A stretch of DNA of 63,453 nt, counting the filler. It is 7 parts of 7 records of this genome, joined end to end, with 100 filler letters (N's around TTAATTAATTAA, not from the genome) between each part and the next. Parts side by side here need not be neighbours in the genome. Positions count along the whole stretch, not along the records: positions 37,617 to 49,760 come from SRR20825006_2366; positions 49,861 to 55,642 come from SRR20825006_2378; positions 55,743 to 63,453 come from SRR20825006_2406; 4 more parts are not named here. One strand, given 5' to 3'. A program made the position numbers and the translations under genes. This document shows positions 48,572 through 58,023 of the stretch, in pieces (positions within the stretch are counted from its first letter, which is position 1; each line of letters opens with the position of its first letter). Under the pieces are notes generated by a model. The model ran no database searches. It was not told where the DNA came from and was given only the letters and a program-made list of their open reading frames with translations.

Positions 48572-49210
48572 ATGAATAAGTTCAAGCACTTTATCGGCCA
48601 GTCATTTATTGGCGGCATCCTTGTTATCGCCCCGATTGTTATCCTGTTACTGGCATTGCGCTGGGCGGTAAATGCCGTGCAAAGTTTGATCGCGCCGCTC
48701 ACCGAGCCACTGGTGAAAATTAGCGGTGCGCCACCTGCTTTGATTGATGTTGTTGTTATTGCACTGATTTTATTCGCCTGCTTTGTGGTGGGCACCTTGG
48801 TCGCCACCAGTGCGGGTCGCTTCGCTCAGGGCTTTGTCGACCGTCACCTGTCACGTTTCGCCCCCGGCTACCGGCTGATCCGCGACATCCTTCAGCAAAT
48901 GTTTGGCAACGACAGCAACTCGCCCTTTACCCGCGGCGAGGTCGCCATCGTTCAGCTGTACGGCCGCGACGTTCCCACCCAAGCCACCGCCATCGTCACC
49001 AGTCGCCACGACAATGGCTGGTTTAGCGTATTCGTTCCCACAGGCCCCAACCCCACCTCGGGCTTTGTATATCACCTGCCCGGTGATTGCGTTACCTTGC
49101 GGCCGGATATAAAACTCGACGCGGCATTTAAATCCATTATTGCCTGTGGCGCCGGTTCCGCTGAATTGGGCGTGTGCCGCAATAACGACTTACCACGCAG
49201 CGCAGAGTAG
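48572..49210 (+). CDS. DUF502 membrane protein
   Basis: Two TM segments and VFVPTGPNPTSGF. Confidence 0.88.
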   Translation: MNKFKHFIGQSFIGGILVIAPIVILLLALRWAVNAVQSLIAPLTEPLVKISGAPPALIDVVVIALILFACFVVGTLVATSAGRFAQGFVDRHLSRFAPGYRLIRDILQQMFGNDSNSPFTRGEVAIVQLYGRDVPTQATAIVTSRHDNGWFSVFVPTGPNPTSGFVYHLPGDCVTLRPDIKLDAAFKSIIACGAGSAELGVCRNNDLPRSAE

Positions 49211-49218
49211 GACCCAGC

Positions 49219-49760
49219 ATGAGCCCCCAGCGCCTGATGATGCCCGTCGTCAAGGTCTGCAGCTTTACCATCGCCGTCTTCGGCCTGAGCCTGATGCTGC
49301 CACTGGCCACCGCATGGATTTACAGCAGTGACAACGCCGCGGCCTACACACTGGTGCTGCTCGTCTGCGAAAGCCTGGCACTGGCTGGCGCCATAGCCAC
49401 CTGGAATTACCAGATTCACGCGCTCACGCCGCGCCATATGTTCTTAATTACCAGCGTGAGCTGGCTGCTGATGTCCCTGCTTGGTGCCTTACCGCTGCTA
49501 TTAACAGACACGGTGTTCAGCCTTAGCGATGCCGTTTTCGAGTCGACTTCAGGGCTGACGACAACCGGCTCAACGGTGCTTACCGGCCTGGACAATCTGC
49601 CCGCCGACATCCTGCTGTGGCGCTCCATGTTGCAATGGATAGGCGGCCTCGGCGTTATTGCCATGGCCGTGGCGATACTGCCGTTCTTACGCGTTGGCGG
49701 GATGCGCCTTTTTCAAACAGAGTCCTCCGACTGGTCAGACAAAGCGCTGCCGCGCGCCAA
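49219..49760 (+). CDS. trkH: TrkH potassium uptake protein, N-terminal part
   Basis: FESTSGLTTTGST and LLWRSMLQWIGGLG motifs. Confidence 0.93.
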
Positions 49761-49860
49761 NNNNNNNNNNNNNNNNNNNNNNNNNNNNNNNNNNNNNNNN
49801 NNNNTTAATTAATTAANNNNNNNNNNNNNNNNNNNNNNNNNNNNNNNNNNNNNNNNNNNN
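49761..49860. other. Artificial contig-joining spacer
   Basis: N run with TTAATTAATTAA. Confidence 0.99.
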
Positions 49861-50111
49861 TTTTTCATCTTTTCCCTCAACGTCTTTGCAAGTGCGGAAA
49901 ACCGCCTACAAAAATTAGATGAACGACTTTTCGCCGTTCGGTTCGGGGTAATGGAGCCAGTAAAACTATGGCGCGTCAACAACACTGTGATCGAAAAGAT
50001 ACATTCCCGCATCTTAGTTGCATATTTGACACACATGTTTTTGTTTGCTCCAAGCCGTGTCGGCCCTATAGTGCGGGCAGAAATTCTGATGCCTTGGACA
50101 AGGAATGGACC

Positions 50112-50684
50112 GTGCGATTGTCTCTTGTTAAAGTTTTTGCCCAGGTTGCAATATGTTTGCTGCTTGCAGCATGTGGTGCGGGCACCCAATCCGAATATGA
50201 TAGTTATCCGGGCTCCGCGCCGGGTGACAAACGTGTTGGAACAACCGGCCGCTCGCAAACAATCGCGGACCAGAAAAAAGAAGGGACCCTGTTTGGTCCC
50301 GACGGCTTTAATTTTCTGGGTGGTGATGAAAGCAAGAATCAGGGCAACGGCACAGGTATAGGTGTGAACAGTTTTCTGTGGCGCGCATCCCTTGATACCC
50401 TCTCCTTCATGCCGCTGAATTCAGCCGACCCGTTTGGCGGTGTGATCATTACCGATTGGTACAGCCCGCCGGAAACACCAAACGAGCGTTTCAAGATTAC
50501 GGGCTATATCCTCGGTACCGCCCTTCGCTCCGACGCGATCAAGGTCTCTGTCTTCCGACAGGTCCGAGTTGGAACGGACCAATGGGCAGATGCTGTGGTT
50601 GAACCAAGTACGATAACCGCAATGGAAGACTCGATTCTGACCCGTGCGCGTCAACTGCGCATTGACAGCGCAACCGCACAATAA
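50112..50684 (+). CDS. DUF3576 lipoprotein
   Basis: Lipobox LAAC; GVNSFLWRASLDTLSFMPL...DPFGGVIITDWY...ILTRARQLR; GTG start after aaggaa. Confidence 0.9.
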   Translation: MRLSLVKVFAQVAICLLLAACGAGTQSEYDSYPGSAPGDKRVGTTGRSQTIADQKKEGTLFGPDGFNFLGGDESKNQGNGTGIGVNSFLWRASLDTLSFMPLNSADPFGGVIITDWYSPPETPNERFKITGYILGTALRSDAIKVSVFRQVRVGTDQWADAVVEPSTITAMEDSILTRARQLRIDSATAQ

Positions 50685-50693
50685 GCATTCTGT

Positions 50694-51389
50694 TTGGATA
50701 TGCCAGACACACCTATATATGTGTCAGGTCAATACAACCCCCATTCGCTGACACGTGAATGGGGGTTTATCTTGGCCCTTCATCGACCTGCATTATCACA
50801 ATACGGGGATGATCTGCGCGCTGGGCGACTTGCAATCGCGTGCGAAATTCTTGGCCTGCTTCCTGCTTGGGAAGAACAAAAGGATTTTCCCCGCCAGCCA
50901 AAAAATGCAGGACCGGTTTCAACAGACATCATCGAAAACAATCTGGCAAAGCTTCATTCCCAGATAGGCAGTGATATCTTGTGCCTCACGCTTCTGGCAG
51001 ATGTGCCACTTGATCGTCCTTTGCATATTACCCAAAGCAGCCTGATCGGCCATTGGCGCTGGCTGCGTCAGGTTTGGACCAAACTGGCGATAGACGAGCA
51101 GGCCTTTACCTTTATGCCTGAAGCCCAGGCTCACAGTTTACGAGATACGCCGAAAAGCAAAATTGTAGACGAGCTTGCAAAGGGTCGTTTCAATACGGCC
51201 GTTGCGAACCTGCGTAGCGACTTCAAGTCTCTTTCAAATAACAGCGACTCAGCTAAAGATCTTGAACTCAGACTTTCTTTCATCACGAACCTAACTCTGT
51301 TTTGCCCTTTGATCGGATCGGAACTATTGTATCGTCTTGGTCATGCGCCTTTCGGCAAAAACCATCACGCAAAAAATAGCGAGGAATGA
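50694..51389 (+). CDS. Reduced leucyl-tRNA-synthetase-derived protein (anticodon-binding domain kept, catalytic core lost)
   Basis: Sits in the leuS slot between DUF3576 and lptE. Segments YNP, GSDILCLTLLADVP...GHWRWLRQVW, RFNTAVA and FCPLIGSELLYRLG align by eye with LeuRS. No HIGH or KMSKS. Confidence 0.72.
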   Translation: MDMPDTPIYVSGQYNPHSLTREWGFILALHRPALSQYGDDLRAGRLAIACEILGLLPAWEEQKDFPRQPKNAGPVSTDIIENNLAKLHSQIGSDILCLTLLADVPLDRPLHITQSSLIGHWRWLRQVWTKLAIDEQAFTFMPEAQAHSLRDTPKSKIVDELAKGRFNTAVANLRSDFKSLSNNSDSAKDLELRLSFITNLTLFCPLIGSELLYRLGHAPFGKNHHAKNSEE

Positions 51390-51895
51390 CGTTGCGCACC
51401 CTGTTATCGATTATCGCCGTGCTTGCCCTGACCGGCCTCACCGCTTGCGGCTTCCGCCCTCTTTATGCCGAGGATAAAGGCGGTGACAGTACCGCGGTCG
51501 ATATGGCGAGGGTCAAAATATCGATGATGGAAGACCGAATCGGACAAATAACACGTAACGTTCTGGTCGAAACGCTGACCCCGCGCGGCCAAACTGTTCG
51601 GCCGGAATATACTCTCGATATTACTCTTGATGAATCAACTTCCGAACTCGGTTATACCAAGGACAATGAAGCAACTATTGCCGACTACATTTTGAGCGCC
51701 CAGTACCAACTTTCTCGAATTTCCGACTCAAGAATACTCCGTTCAGGCACGCTTCGCGCCCGAACAACTTACAACCTTGTCGACTCCGACTTTGCCTCAC
51801 TAGAAGCAGAGTCCGCCGCCCGCTCAGACGCTGCCCGGAATCTTGCCCGACAGCTTGCCAATCAGGTCGCCGTTGGCCTGCGCAGCGGACGTTAG
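51386..51895 (+). CDS. lptE: LPS assembly lipoprotein LptE
   Basis: LTACGFRPLY lipobox; position before holA. Confidence 0.9.
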   Translation: MTLRTLLSIIAVLALTGLTACGFRPLYAEDKGGDSTAVDMARVKISMMEDRIGQITRNVLVETLTPRGQTVRPEYTLDITLDESTSELGYTKDNEATIADYILSAQYQLSRISDSRILRSGTLRARTTYNLVDSDFASLEAESAARSDAARNLARQLANQVAVGLRSGR

Positions 51896-51908
51896 GTAAT
51901 ATCACGCA

Positions 51909-52940
51909 ATGAAGCTCAAGGCGGCACAGGTTGAAAATTTCCTTCGCGCTCCCGATGCCAAGGCGCAACTCGTCCTGATCTATGGCGAGGATGAGGGGCT
52001 TGTACGAGAACGTGCGGTCAGACTTGCCAAAACCGTGGTCGAGGATCTCAAGGATCCATTCCGTGTAATCGAACTTGGCACCGCCCAGCTTAAGGAAGAC
52101 GCCAGCCGTCTGCGCGATGAAGCCGCCGCCATCAGTTTTGGTGGCGGGCGCCGTGTGATCCGAATCCGCGACATTAGCGAGGCACAGGCCCCCGTCATTG
52201 CCGATTTCCTTGCCGATCCCGCCGGTGATGCCCTGATCGTCATCGAAGCCGGCAGCCTTGCGTCCAAATCGAAACTGCGTCAGACGGTCGAGAAAGCCGG
52301 TAATGGCATGGCACTGCCCTGCTATGCCGACAGCGGACGAGATATCGAAGCCCTGATCAATTCCGTCATGGAAGATCACAAACTGCGCATTGATCGCGAT
52401 GCCATACGCTATCTGGTCGGTAACCTGGGCTCTGACAGGATGATTTCACGAAGCGAACTTGAAAAACTGGCTCTTTACGCTCTGAAAGAAGGTCAGGTCA
52501 CATTGGCCGACGCGATGTCCTGTGTCGGGGATAGTTCCGCCCGCCATTATGACGATGTCGTGCAGGCCGTATCCCAGGGCAATGTCGCAAGCCTCGATAG
52601 CGCCCTGACCCGCCTGGTCGAAGAAGGCCTCAATCCGGTTGGCGCACTTCGCATGATGATCGGCTATTTTCAAAAACTACATCTGGTCAAAGGCCAGATT
52701 GCACAAGGCACGAATGCCGAACAGGCGATGAAATCGTTGCGTCCCCCCCTGTTTTTCAAGGCCGCAGATCAGTTTCGCGCCAATCTGCAGAATTGGGCAT
52801 TGGGAAATCTGCAACGCGCCCTGCAAATCCTGCTAGAAGCCGAAAAGGATTGTAAAAGTGGGCTCGCCATCCCCGAAACCATCGCACACCGCGCGATGAT
52901 CAAGGTCGCCGTTGCCCGCCAGAAGCAGGGCAGACGCTAA
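51909..52940 (+). CDS. holA: DNA polymerase III subunit delta
   Basis: LIYGEDEGL, SKLR, CYAD, ELEKLALY and RPPLFF motifs. Confidence 0.94.
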   Translation: MKLKAAQVENFLRAPDAKAQLVLIYGEDEGLVRERAVRLAKTVVEDLKDPFRVIELGTAQLKEDASRLRDEAAAISFGGGRRVIRIRDISEAQAPVIADFLADPAGDALIVIEAGSLASKSKLRQTVEKAGNGMALPCYADSGRDIEALINSVMEDHKLRIDRDAIRYLVGNLGSDRMISRSELEKLALYALKEGQVTLADAMSCVGDSSARHYDDVVQAVSQGNVASLDSALTRLVEEGLNPVGALRMMIGYFQKLHLVKGQIAQGTNAEQAMKSLRPPLFFKAADQFRANLQNWALGNLQRALQILLEAEKDCKSGLAIPETIAHRAMIKVAVARQKQGRR

Positions 52941-52944
52941 CGAC

Positions 52945-53018
52945 TATCCAATCCGCAACCGATAAGCAGCCCCACTGAACGAGTCGCACGGGGCTGCTTA
53001 TCGGTTGCGGATTGGATA
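52945..53018. repeat. Perfect 29-bp inverted repeat (16-nt loop) between convergent holA and parB
   Basis: tatccaatccgcaaccgataagcagcccc / ggggctgcttatcggttgcggattggata. Confidence 0.92.
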
Positions 53019-53025
53019 TAAAAAT

Positions 53026-54234
53026 CTATTCGTCGCTATTACTTAGGGCTCCATGAGCTTTACTCTTCAGGACTTTCGCGTCCGACAATGTCTCAAGCGC
53101 CTCTTCACCGACTTCATCCTGCTCAATCGGCATATCGCCTTCTGGCTCGTCTAGAAACGAGTCATCGACATCCAGCGCGATCTCGGTCGCGTCGGCAATC
53201 GATTCGAGCTCGTCAGTCAGAAGATCATCATCGATAAACATCGAATCGAATTCGTTGTTCCCCTCACCTTCGGGAACAAGCGGATCATCATCGTCATTAA
53301 CCGGTGCCGACTCGCCCAACCGTCCCTGACTCAAACGTTTGAGAATATCGTCAAGTTGCTCAAGGGTTTCATACCGAACAGAGATTTTACCACCCGCCCC
53401 GTCAAAATCGATATTTACTGCCAGCCCCAACATATTGCTAAGATCATGCTCTAGCGCCACTGTATCTGGATCTTTATCGCTTGTGCGTCCCGACGAAGGC
53501 TTCTTCTGGCGCGCGGTTTTACCGCCGTCACTTTTCACCAGTTTCTCGGTCTGGCGAACGTTTAGCCCCTTCTTGACGATCTGGTTTGCCAGCTCGACCG
53601 CGTTATTCGCCCCCAACAGGGCCCGCGCATGACCGGGGCTCAGCACACGATCCGACAACATCTGCTTGATCGGTGCAGGAAGCGTCAACAAACGCAGGCT
53701 GTTCGCAATATGACTGCGGCTTTTGCCAAGCGCCTGAGCCAATGCCTCCTGAGTATGCGAAAAATCGCTCATCAGGCGGCTATAACCTTCGGATTCCTCG
53801 AGTGGCGACAAATCCTGCCTTTGCAGGTTTTCGATCAGGGCAATCTCGGCGGTTTCCCTGTCGTCAAAATCACGTACCAGAACCGGCACTTCGTGCAATT
53901 GCGCCCGCTGTGCAGCCCGCCAGCGACGTTCACCGGCAATGATTTCATAGGTGGTTTCACCTGTAGAGGACGCCCGCACAAGAATCGGCTGAATAATACC
54001 CTTCTGACGAATCGATGCCGCCAGATCGTCAATCGCCTCGTCATCAAAATTGCTGCGCGGCTGGAATGGTGATGGCTTCAGATCGGTGATGGCAATCAGC
54101 TGTGTGGTCCCGCCAGGGCCTGGATGAGCAACAGCCTCATTGCTACCAGCAACCGCTGCACCGACATCATCGTCTTCCTCGCCCAGCAGGGCCGATAGCC
54201 CCCGTCCCAAACCGCGTTTTTTTGCCTCACTCAT
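53026..54234 (-). CDS. parB: Chromosome partitioning protein ParB with long acidic C-terminal tail
   Basis: GLGRGLSALL, QPR, IAGERRWRA and ENLQR motifs; HTH. Confidence 0.96.
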   Translation of the reverse strand: MSEAKKRGLGRGLSALLGEEDDDVGAAVAGSNEAVAHPGPGGTTQLIAITDLKPSPFQPRSNFDDEAIDDLAASIRQKGIIQPILVRASSTGETTYEIIAGERRWRAAQRAQLHEVPVLVRDFDDRETAEIALIENLQRQDLSPLEESEGYSRLMSDFSHTQEALAQALGKSRSHIANSLRLLTLPAPIKQMLSDRVLSPGHARALLGANNAVELANQIVKKGLNVRQTEKLVKSDGGKTARQKKPSSGRTSDKDPDTVALEHDLSNMLGLAVNIDFDGAGGKISVRYETLEQLDDILKRLSQGRLGESAPVNDDDDPLVPEGEGNNEFDSMFIDDDLLTDELESIADATEIALDVDDSFLDEPEGDMPIEQDEVGEEALETLSDAKVLKSKAHGALSNSDE

Positions 54235-55055
54235 GCCTTCACCCCTTCGCGTTTCAGAACTTCGCTTGCAAGATTAAGATATGCCCGCGACCCCGGACAT
54301 TTCATATCATAGACAAGCACCGGCGTACCGTGGCTTGGCGCCTCTGATACACGGACATTGCGCGGGATCACCGTGCGATAAACGACATCACCAAAATAGT
54401 CGCGTACGTCATTGGCTACCTGTGCTGACAGGTTGTTACGCTTGTCATACATCGTCAAAACAATGCCCTGAATTTCAAGAGCAGGGTTAAAAGCCTTTTT
54501 CACCCGCTTAATGGTGCGTACCAGATGGCTTATCCCCTCCAGCGCGAAAAACTCGCACTGGAGCGGCACCAGAACCGCATCACTGGCAACCAACGCATTA
54601 AGCGTCAGCAAGCCAAGTGACGGCGGGCAATCGATCAGCACATAATCGACATCATGCGGCAACCGACCGAGCGATTCTTTAAGCTGCATCTCGCGGCGTT
54701 CAAAATCGACAAGCTCGATCTCCGCCCCAGAAAGATCCATACCTGATGGCACAATCGTCAGGCGTGGAATAGCAGTTGCCTTGCGTGCTTCTTCCAGCGT
54801 ATTGCCGTTGATCAGCACGTCATAAGAACTTATCTGGCGCTCAGACGGACGCAGGCCCAAACCGGTGCTTGCGTTGCCCTGCGGATCAAGATCAACGATC
54901 AAAACCCGCTGGTTCACAGCCGCCAACGCAGTTGCCAGATTAATCGTGGTCGTGGTTTTACCAACCCCGCCCTTCTGGTTGGCCACGGCAATGATCCGCG
55001 GCCTGTGACCGGCCTCGGAAGAGATTGAAAGCGGCAAATCAATAACGTCGGTCAC
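54231..55055 (-). CDS. parA: Chromosome partitioning ATPase ParA
   Basis: NQKGGVGKTT, DLDPQGN, DCPPS and SEAPSHG motifs. Confidence 0.97.
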   Translation of the reverse strand: MTDVIDLPLSISSEAGHRPRIIAVANQKGGVGKTTTTINLATALAAVNQRVLIVDLDPQGNASTGLGLRPSERQISSYDVLINGNTLEEARKATAIPRLTIVPSGMDLSGAEIELVDFERREMQLKESLGRLPHDVDYVLIDCPPSLGLLTLNALVASDAVLVPLQCEFFALEGISHLVRTIKRVKKAFNPALEIQGIVLTMYDKRNNLSAQVANDVRDYFGDVVYRTVIPRNVRVSEAPSHGTPVLVYDMKCPGSRAYLNLASEVLKREGVKA

Positions 55056-55642
55056 CGGTCAACTCCTTGCAAAATCAACACCACGCCTTCTGGATCAACC
55101 AGGCTGGCATGGGTGGTTACAGTGAATACCCAACCGGCTGCACGTGCATCGGCCAGCTCTTCCTCAAAGGCACGTCCTTTTAGCAACACATAATGCCCGC
55201 CCGGTTTAAGATGCCGCTGCCCAAGCTCCAGAAGCTTTGGCAATGGCGCAAATGCACGGGCTGTAATCACGTCGGCTTCACGCGCGTTGGCGACTTCAAT
55301 ACGCTCGCGGGCAATTTCGATCTGGCCCAACACCCCACAAACCCGCGCTGCTTCCAGCAGAAACACGGTTTTCTTGGTGTTTGATTCCATCAAAATTACG
55401 TCATTAGCTCCCAAAATCGCCAAAACGATCCCTGGGAACCCTGCCCCGGAACCGAAATCGACAATTTTCCCGCCACGGACAACGTCTTCCACATACGGCC
55501 AAAGTTGCGCAGAATCCTGTAAATGGCGTGTCCAGACGTCATCAGCCGTGCTGGCACCAACGATATTGATCCTCGGCTGCCATTTGACAACAAGGTCAGC
55601 ATAAAGGCCAAGACGGTCCAATGTTTCACGTGAAACATTCAA
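55052..55642 (-). CDS. rsmG: 16S rRNA m7G methyltransferase RsmG (5' end at or beyond contig edge)
   Basis: VSRET, RHLQDS, DFGSGAGFPG, TARAFA and LKG motifs. Confidence 0.95.
   Translation of the reverse strand: MNVSRETLDRLGLYADLVVKWQPRINIVGASTADDVWTRHLQDSAQLWPYVEDVVRGGKIVDFGSGAGFPGIVLAILGANDVILMESNTKKTVFLLEAARVCGVLGQIEIARERIEVANAREADVITARAFAPLPKLLELGQRHLKPGGHYVLLKGRAFEEELADARAAGWVFTVTTHASLVDPEGVVLILQGVDR
55622..55637. promoter_or_regulatory. parS: parS centromere-like site within rsmG
   Basis: TGTTTCACGTGAAACA is the perfect consensus; the palindrome extends to 20 bp (55620-55639). Confidence 0.92.
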
Positions 55643-55742
55643 NNNNNNNNNNNNNNNNNNNNNNNNNNNNNNNNNNNNNNNNNNNNTTAATTAATTAANN
55701 NNNNNNNNNNNNNNNNNNNNNNNNNNNNNNNNNNNNNNNNNN
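55643..55742. other. Artificial contig-joining spacer
   Basis: N run with TTAATTAATTAA. Confidence 0.99.
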
Positions 55743-55846
55743 GCATAGGGAATGACGCTGATGTTGGAGCGGTTTCCCTTGTCGCCGCTGCGGCCGTGCG
55801 CGATGTCGTGCAGGCGCAGGCGGACTGTGTCGAGAACCACACTCAT
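55743..55846 (-). CDS. AtuA-associated small protein, N-terminal fragment
   Basis: LHDIAHGRSGDKGN motif; ATGA overlap with the atuA-like gene. Confidence 0.8.
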
Positions 55847-57216
55847 GCTTCTGCTCCGAGATACTGAACGCTGGGAGACAGCTTGTTTCTGTCGACCAGG
55901 ATCGAGGCTGTGTGGATCTGTGCCGTGATGTTGCGCCGGAAGCCGCCGCCGCCGGCCGGGCCGGAGCAATAGAGGCTCAGCACCTCGTCGGCGAGATCCT
56001 CGGCAACCTCCCGGGAATGGCAGGAGACAGCGGCCCGGACGCGATAATCTCCGTTCGGAGCAGGTCGTCCCGCGCCGGGATAGGGCGCCGTGCCGCCATC
56101 GAACGTACTGGACGTGCCAATGATGTCGAACCGGTACTCGGCATTGCTGCCGCGTTCGCGGGCCCGTTCGCTCAGAACTTCCCGGGCGAGTTCCGCCCGG
56201 GCCAGGGCATTGGGTCCTGCGTAACTGATCTCGGCCTCGCCAAGCCAGCCGCCATCAAAGCTGATCGTGGTCTTCAGCGTGTCGGGCCGGGCCTTGCCAC
56301 GCGCGCCGGAGACAGCAACAACGTTTTCGGTCTCTTGCTCGACGGAGACGCCGGTGATGTCGAGCACCACATCCGCCGTCAGATAGGCGGCGGGATCGTG
56401 CATCTCATAGAGGATCTGTTCCTTGACGGTCGCCGGTGTCACGCAGCCGCCGGTATTGTCTGCCTTGCCGATCCGGATCGCGCCCTCGCGGGAGATGGTG
56501 GCGATGGGAAAACCGACATGGGCAAGGTCGGGCACGTCCTTGAAGCCGGGGTCCGCGAAATAGGCGCCGGTGACCTGGGCGCCGCATTCCAGCAGATGCC
56601 CGGCCAGCGTGCCCGCCGCGAGCGCATCCCAGTCCTCTTCCATCCAGCCAAACTCATGGATCAGCGGGCCAAGCACCAGGGCCGGGTCCGTGGTTCGTCC
56701 GACCACCACGATATCTGCGCCGCCAGCCAGCGCCTCGGCAATCGGGCGGGCACCGATATAGGTGTTGGCGGCGACAATGCCGTCACCGATGGGCAATCCT
56801 TCGATGGTCTTGTGTGCGCGGATCTCTTTCTCGTCCATCACCGTCAGCAGATCGTCGCCGGAAACGACTGCGATACGCGGGGTGCGGCAGCCGATTTCCC
56901 TGGCAATTTCCAGAATGCGTCTGGCACCGCCCGCCGGGTTCGCGGCGCCGAAATTGGAGACGATGCGAATGTTGTTATCGAGACAGCGCTCCAGAACCGG
57001 CCGAACATAGGCTTCGAGAAACGGTGAGTACCCACGCTCCGGATCGCGTTGCTTCTGCTTCTGGGCCAGTGCCAGGGTGCGTTCCGCAAGTGTCTCGAAG
57101 ATAAGGTATTTCGGGCCGTCACGGGTGGCGAGTGTATCAACCACGGGACCGCCGGCATCCTTCCGGTCACCGGCGAAGCCGGCGCCACAGCCGATATGGA
57201 CGAGATCTTTGGTCAT
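55843..57216 (-). CDS. Acyclic terpene utilization AtuA family protein (DUF1446)
   Basis: GCGAGFAGD, ETLAERT, GHLLECG and EQILYE motifs. Confidence 0.92.
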   Translation of the reverse strand: MTKDLVHIGCGAGFAGDRKDAGGPVVDTLATRDGPKYLIFETLAERTLALAQKQKQRDPERGYSPFLEAYVRPVLERCLDNNIRIVSNFGAANPAGGARRILEIAREIGCRTPRIAVVSGDDLLTVMDEKEIRAHKTIEGLPIGDGIVAANTYIGARPIAEALAGGADIVVVGRTTDPALVLGPLIHEFGWMEEDWDALAAGTLAGHLLECGAQVTGAYFADPGFKDVPDLAHVGFPIATISREGAIRIGKADNTGGCVTPATVKEQILYEMHDPAAYLTADVVLDITGVSVEQETENVVAVSGARGKARPDTLKTTISFDGGWLGEAEISYAGPNALARAELAREVLSERARERGSNAEYRFDIIGTSSTFDGGTAPYPGAGRPAPNGDYRVRAAVSCHSREVAEDLADEVLSLYCSGPAGGGGFRRNITAQIHTASILVDRNKLSPSVQYLGAEA

Positions 57217-57309
57217 CAGTCTTTCGCTTGGCAGGGTGGGGGGCAGACTGTAGCGTCTGACCGAGGATTTTTACCAGCCTTCAAATCAACCAGTGCGGGG
57301 AGAGCGGCC

Positions 57310-57942
57310 ATGCCGGGACGCGCAGATCGCGTCAGCGAGAGTTCCGCCGCAAGCCCGTTTCGTGATTTTCCTTCCCAAGGTGCGGTGGTTGTTTTCGATC
57401 TGGAGATTACCGCCTGGGAAGGCTCGCTCGCCCGGAACTGGAGCGGGCCGGACGAATTCATGGAGATCGTCCAGATCGGGGCGGTCAAGCTCGACGCCAG
57501 CATGCCGATGGCAGAGCTGGCGAGCTTCGAAGTGCTGGTGAAACCGGAGAAAAATCCCGTCCTTTCCGGCTATTTCATCGATCTGACGGGGATCACCAAT
57601 GAAGATCTCGGCCGCGATGGCATACCGCTCGATGAGGCTGTGAGCCGTTTTGCCGGTTTTATCGGCGATGCCGGTCTCGTTGTGTCCAATGGAAACGACT
57701 GGTGCGATCTCGTTCTCAATGTGGAATGGGCCGGTATGAAATGGCCTTTCGCGGATGGCTTGTTCGCCAATATGCGCCCCCGGCTTGCCGAAGCGTTGGG
57801 GCTGCCGGAGAGCGAAACCGTGAGTTCAACCCTGCCTCAGCATCTTGGTCATACGGCCATGCCGGGTGCCCATACCGGGCTCGGTGACGCGCGCGCCATT
57901 GCCCTCGCGGTGCGGGAACTGAGAGCCGAGGGGCGCTTCTGA
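57310..57942 (+). CDS. DEDDh 3'-5' exonuclease
   Basis: FDLE, EIVQIGAV, LTGI and HTGLGDA motifs. Confidence 0.85.
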   Translation: MPGRADRVSESSAASPFRDFPSQGAVVVFDLEITAWEGSLARNWSGPDEFMEIVQIGAVKLDASMPMAELASFEVLVKPEKNPVLSGYFIDLTGITNEDLGRDGIPLDEAVSRFAGFIGDAGLVVSNGNDWCDLVLNVEWAGMKWPFADGLFANMRPRLAEALGLPESETVSSTLPQHLGHTAMPGAHTGLGDARAIALAVRELRAEGRF

Positions 57943-58023
57943 CTTTACCCTGAATTGTTACCCTTTGGGCCGCAGGCGCATGTTATATGGACATAATATG
58001 CAAAAGGCTGATTGGGGCAGGTG

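Noticed and set aside
49861-49868. Start of a divergent gene (ATG AAA AA with RBS gaggg) at the contig edge
   Set aside because: Fewer than three codons are visible, so no product can be assigned.
6042-55742. Recurring TTAATTAATTAA inside N runs, and ORFs that run into X residues
   Set aside because: These are artificial contig linkers. Gene neighbourhoods across them are meaningless and were not interpreted.
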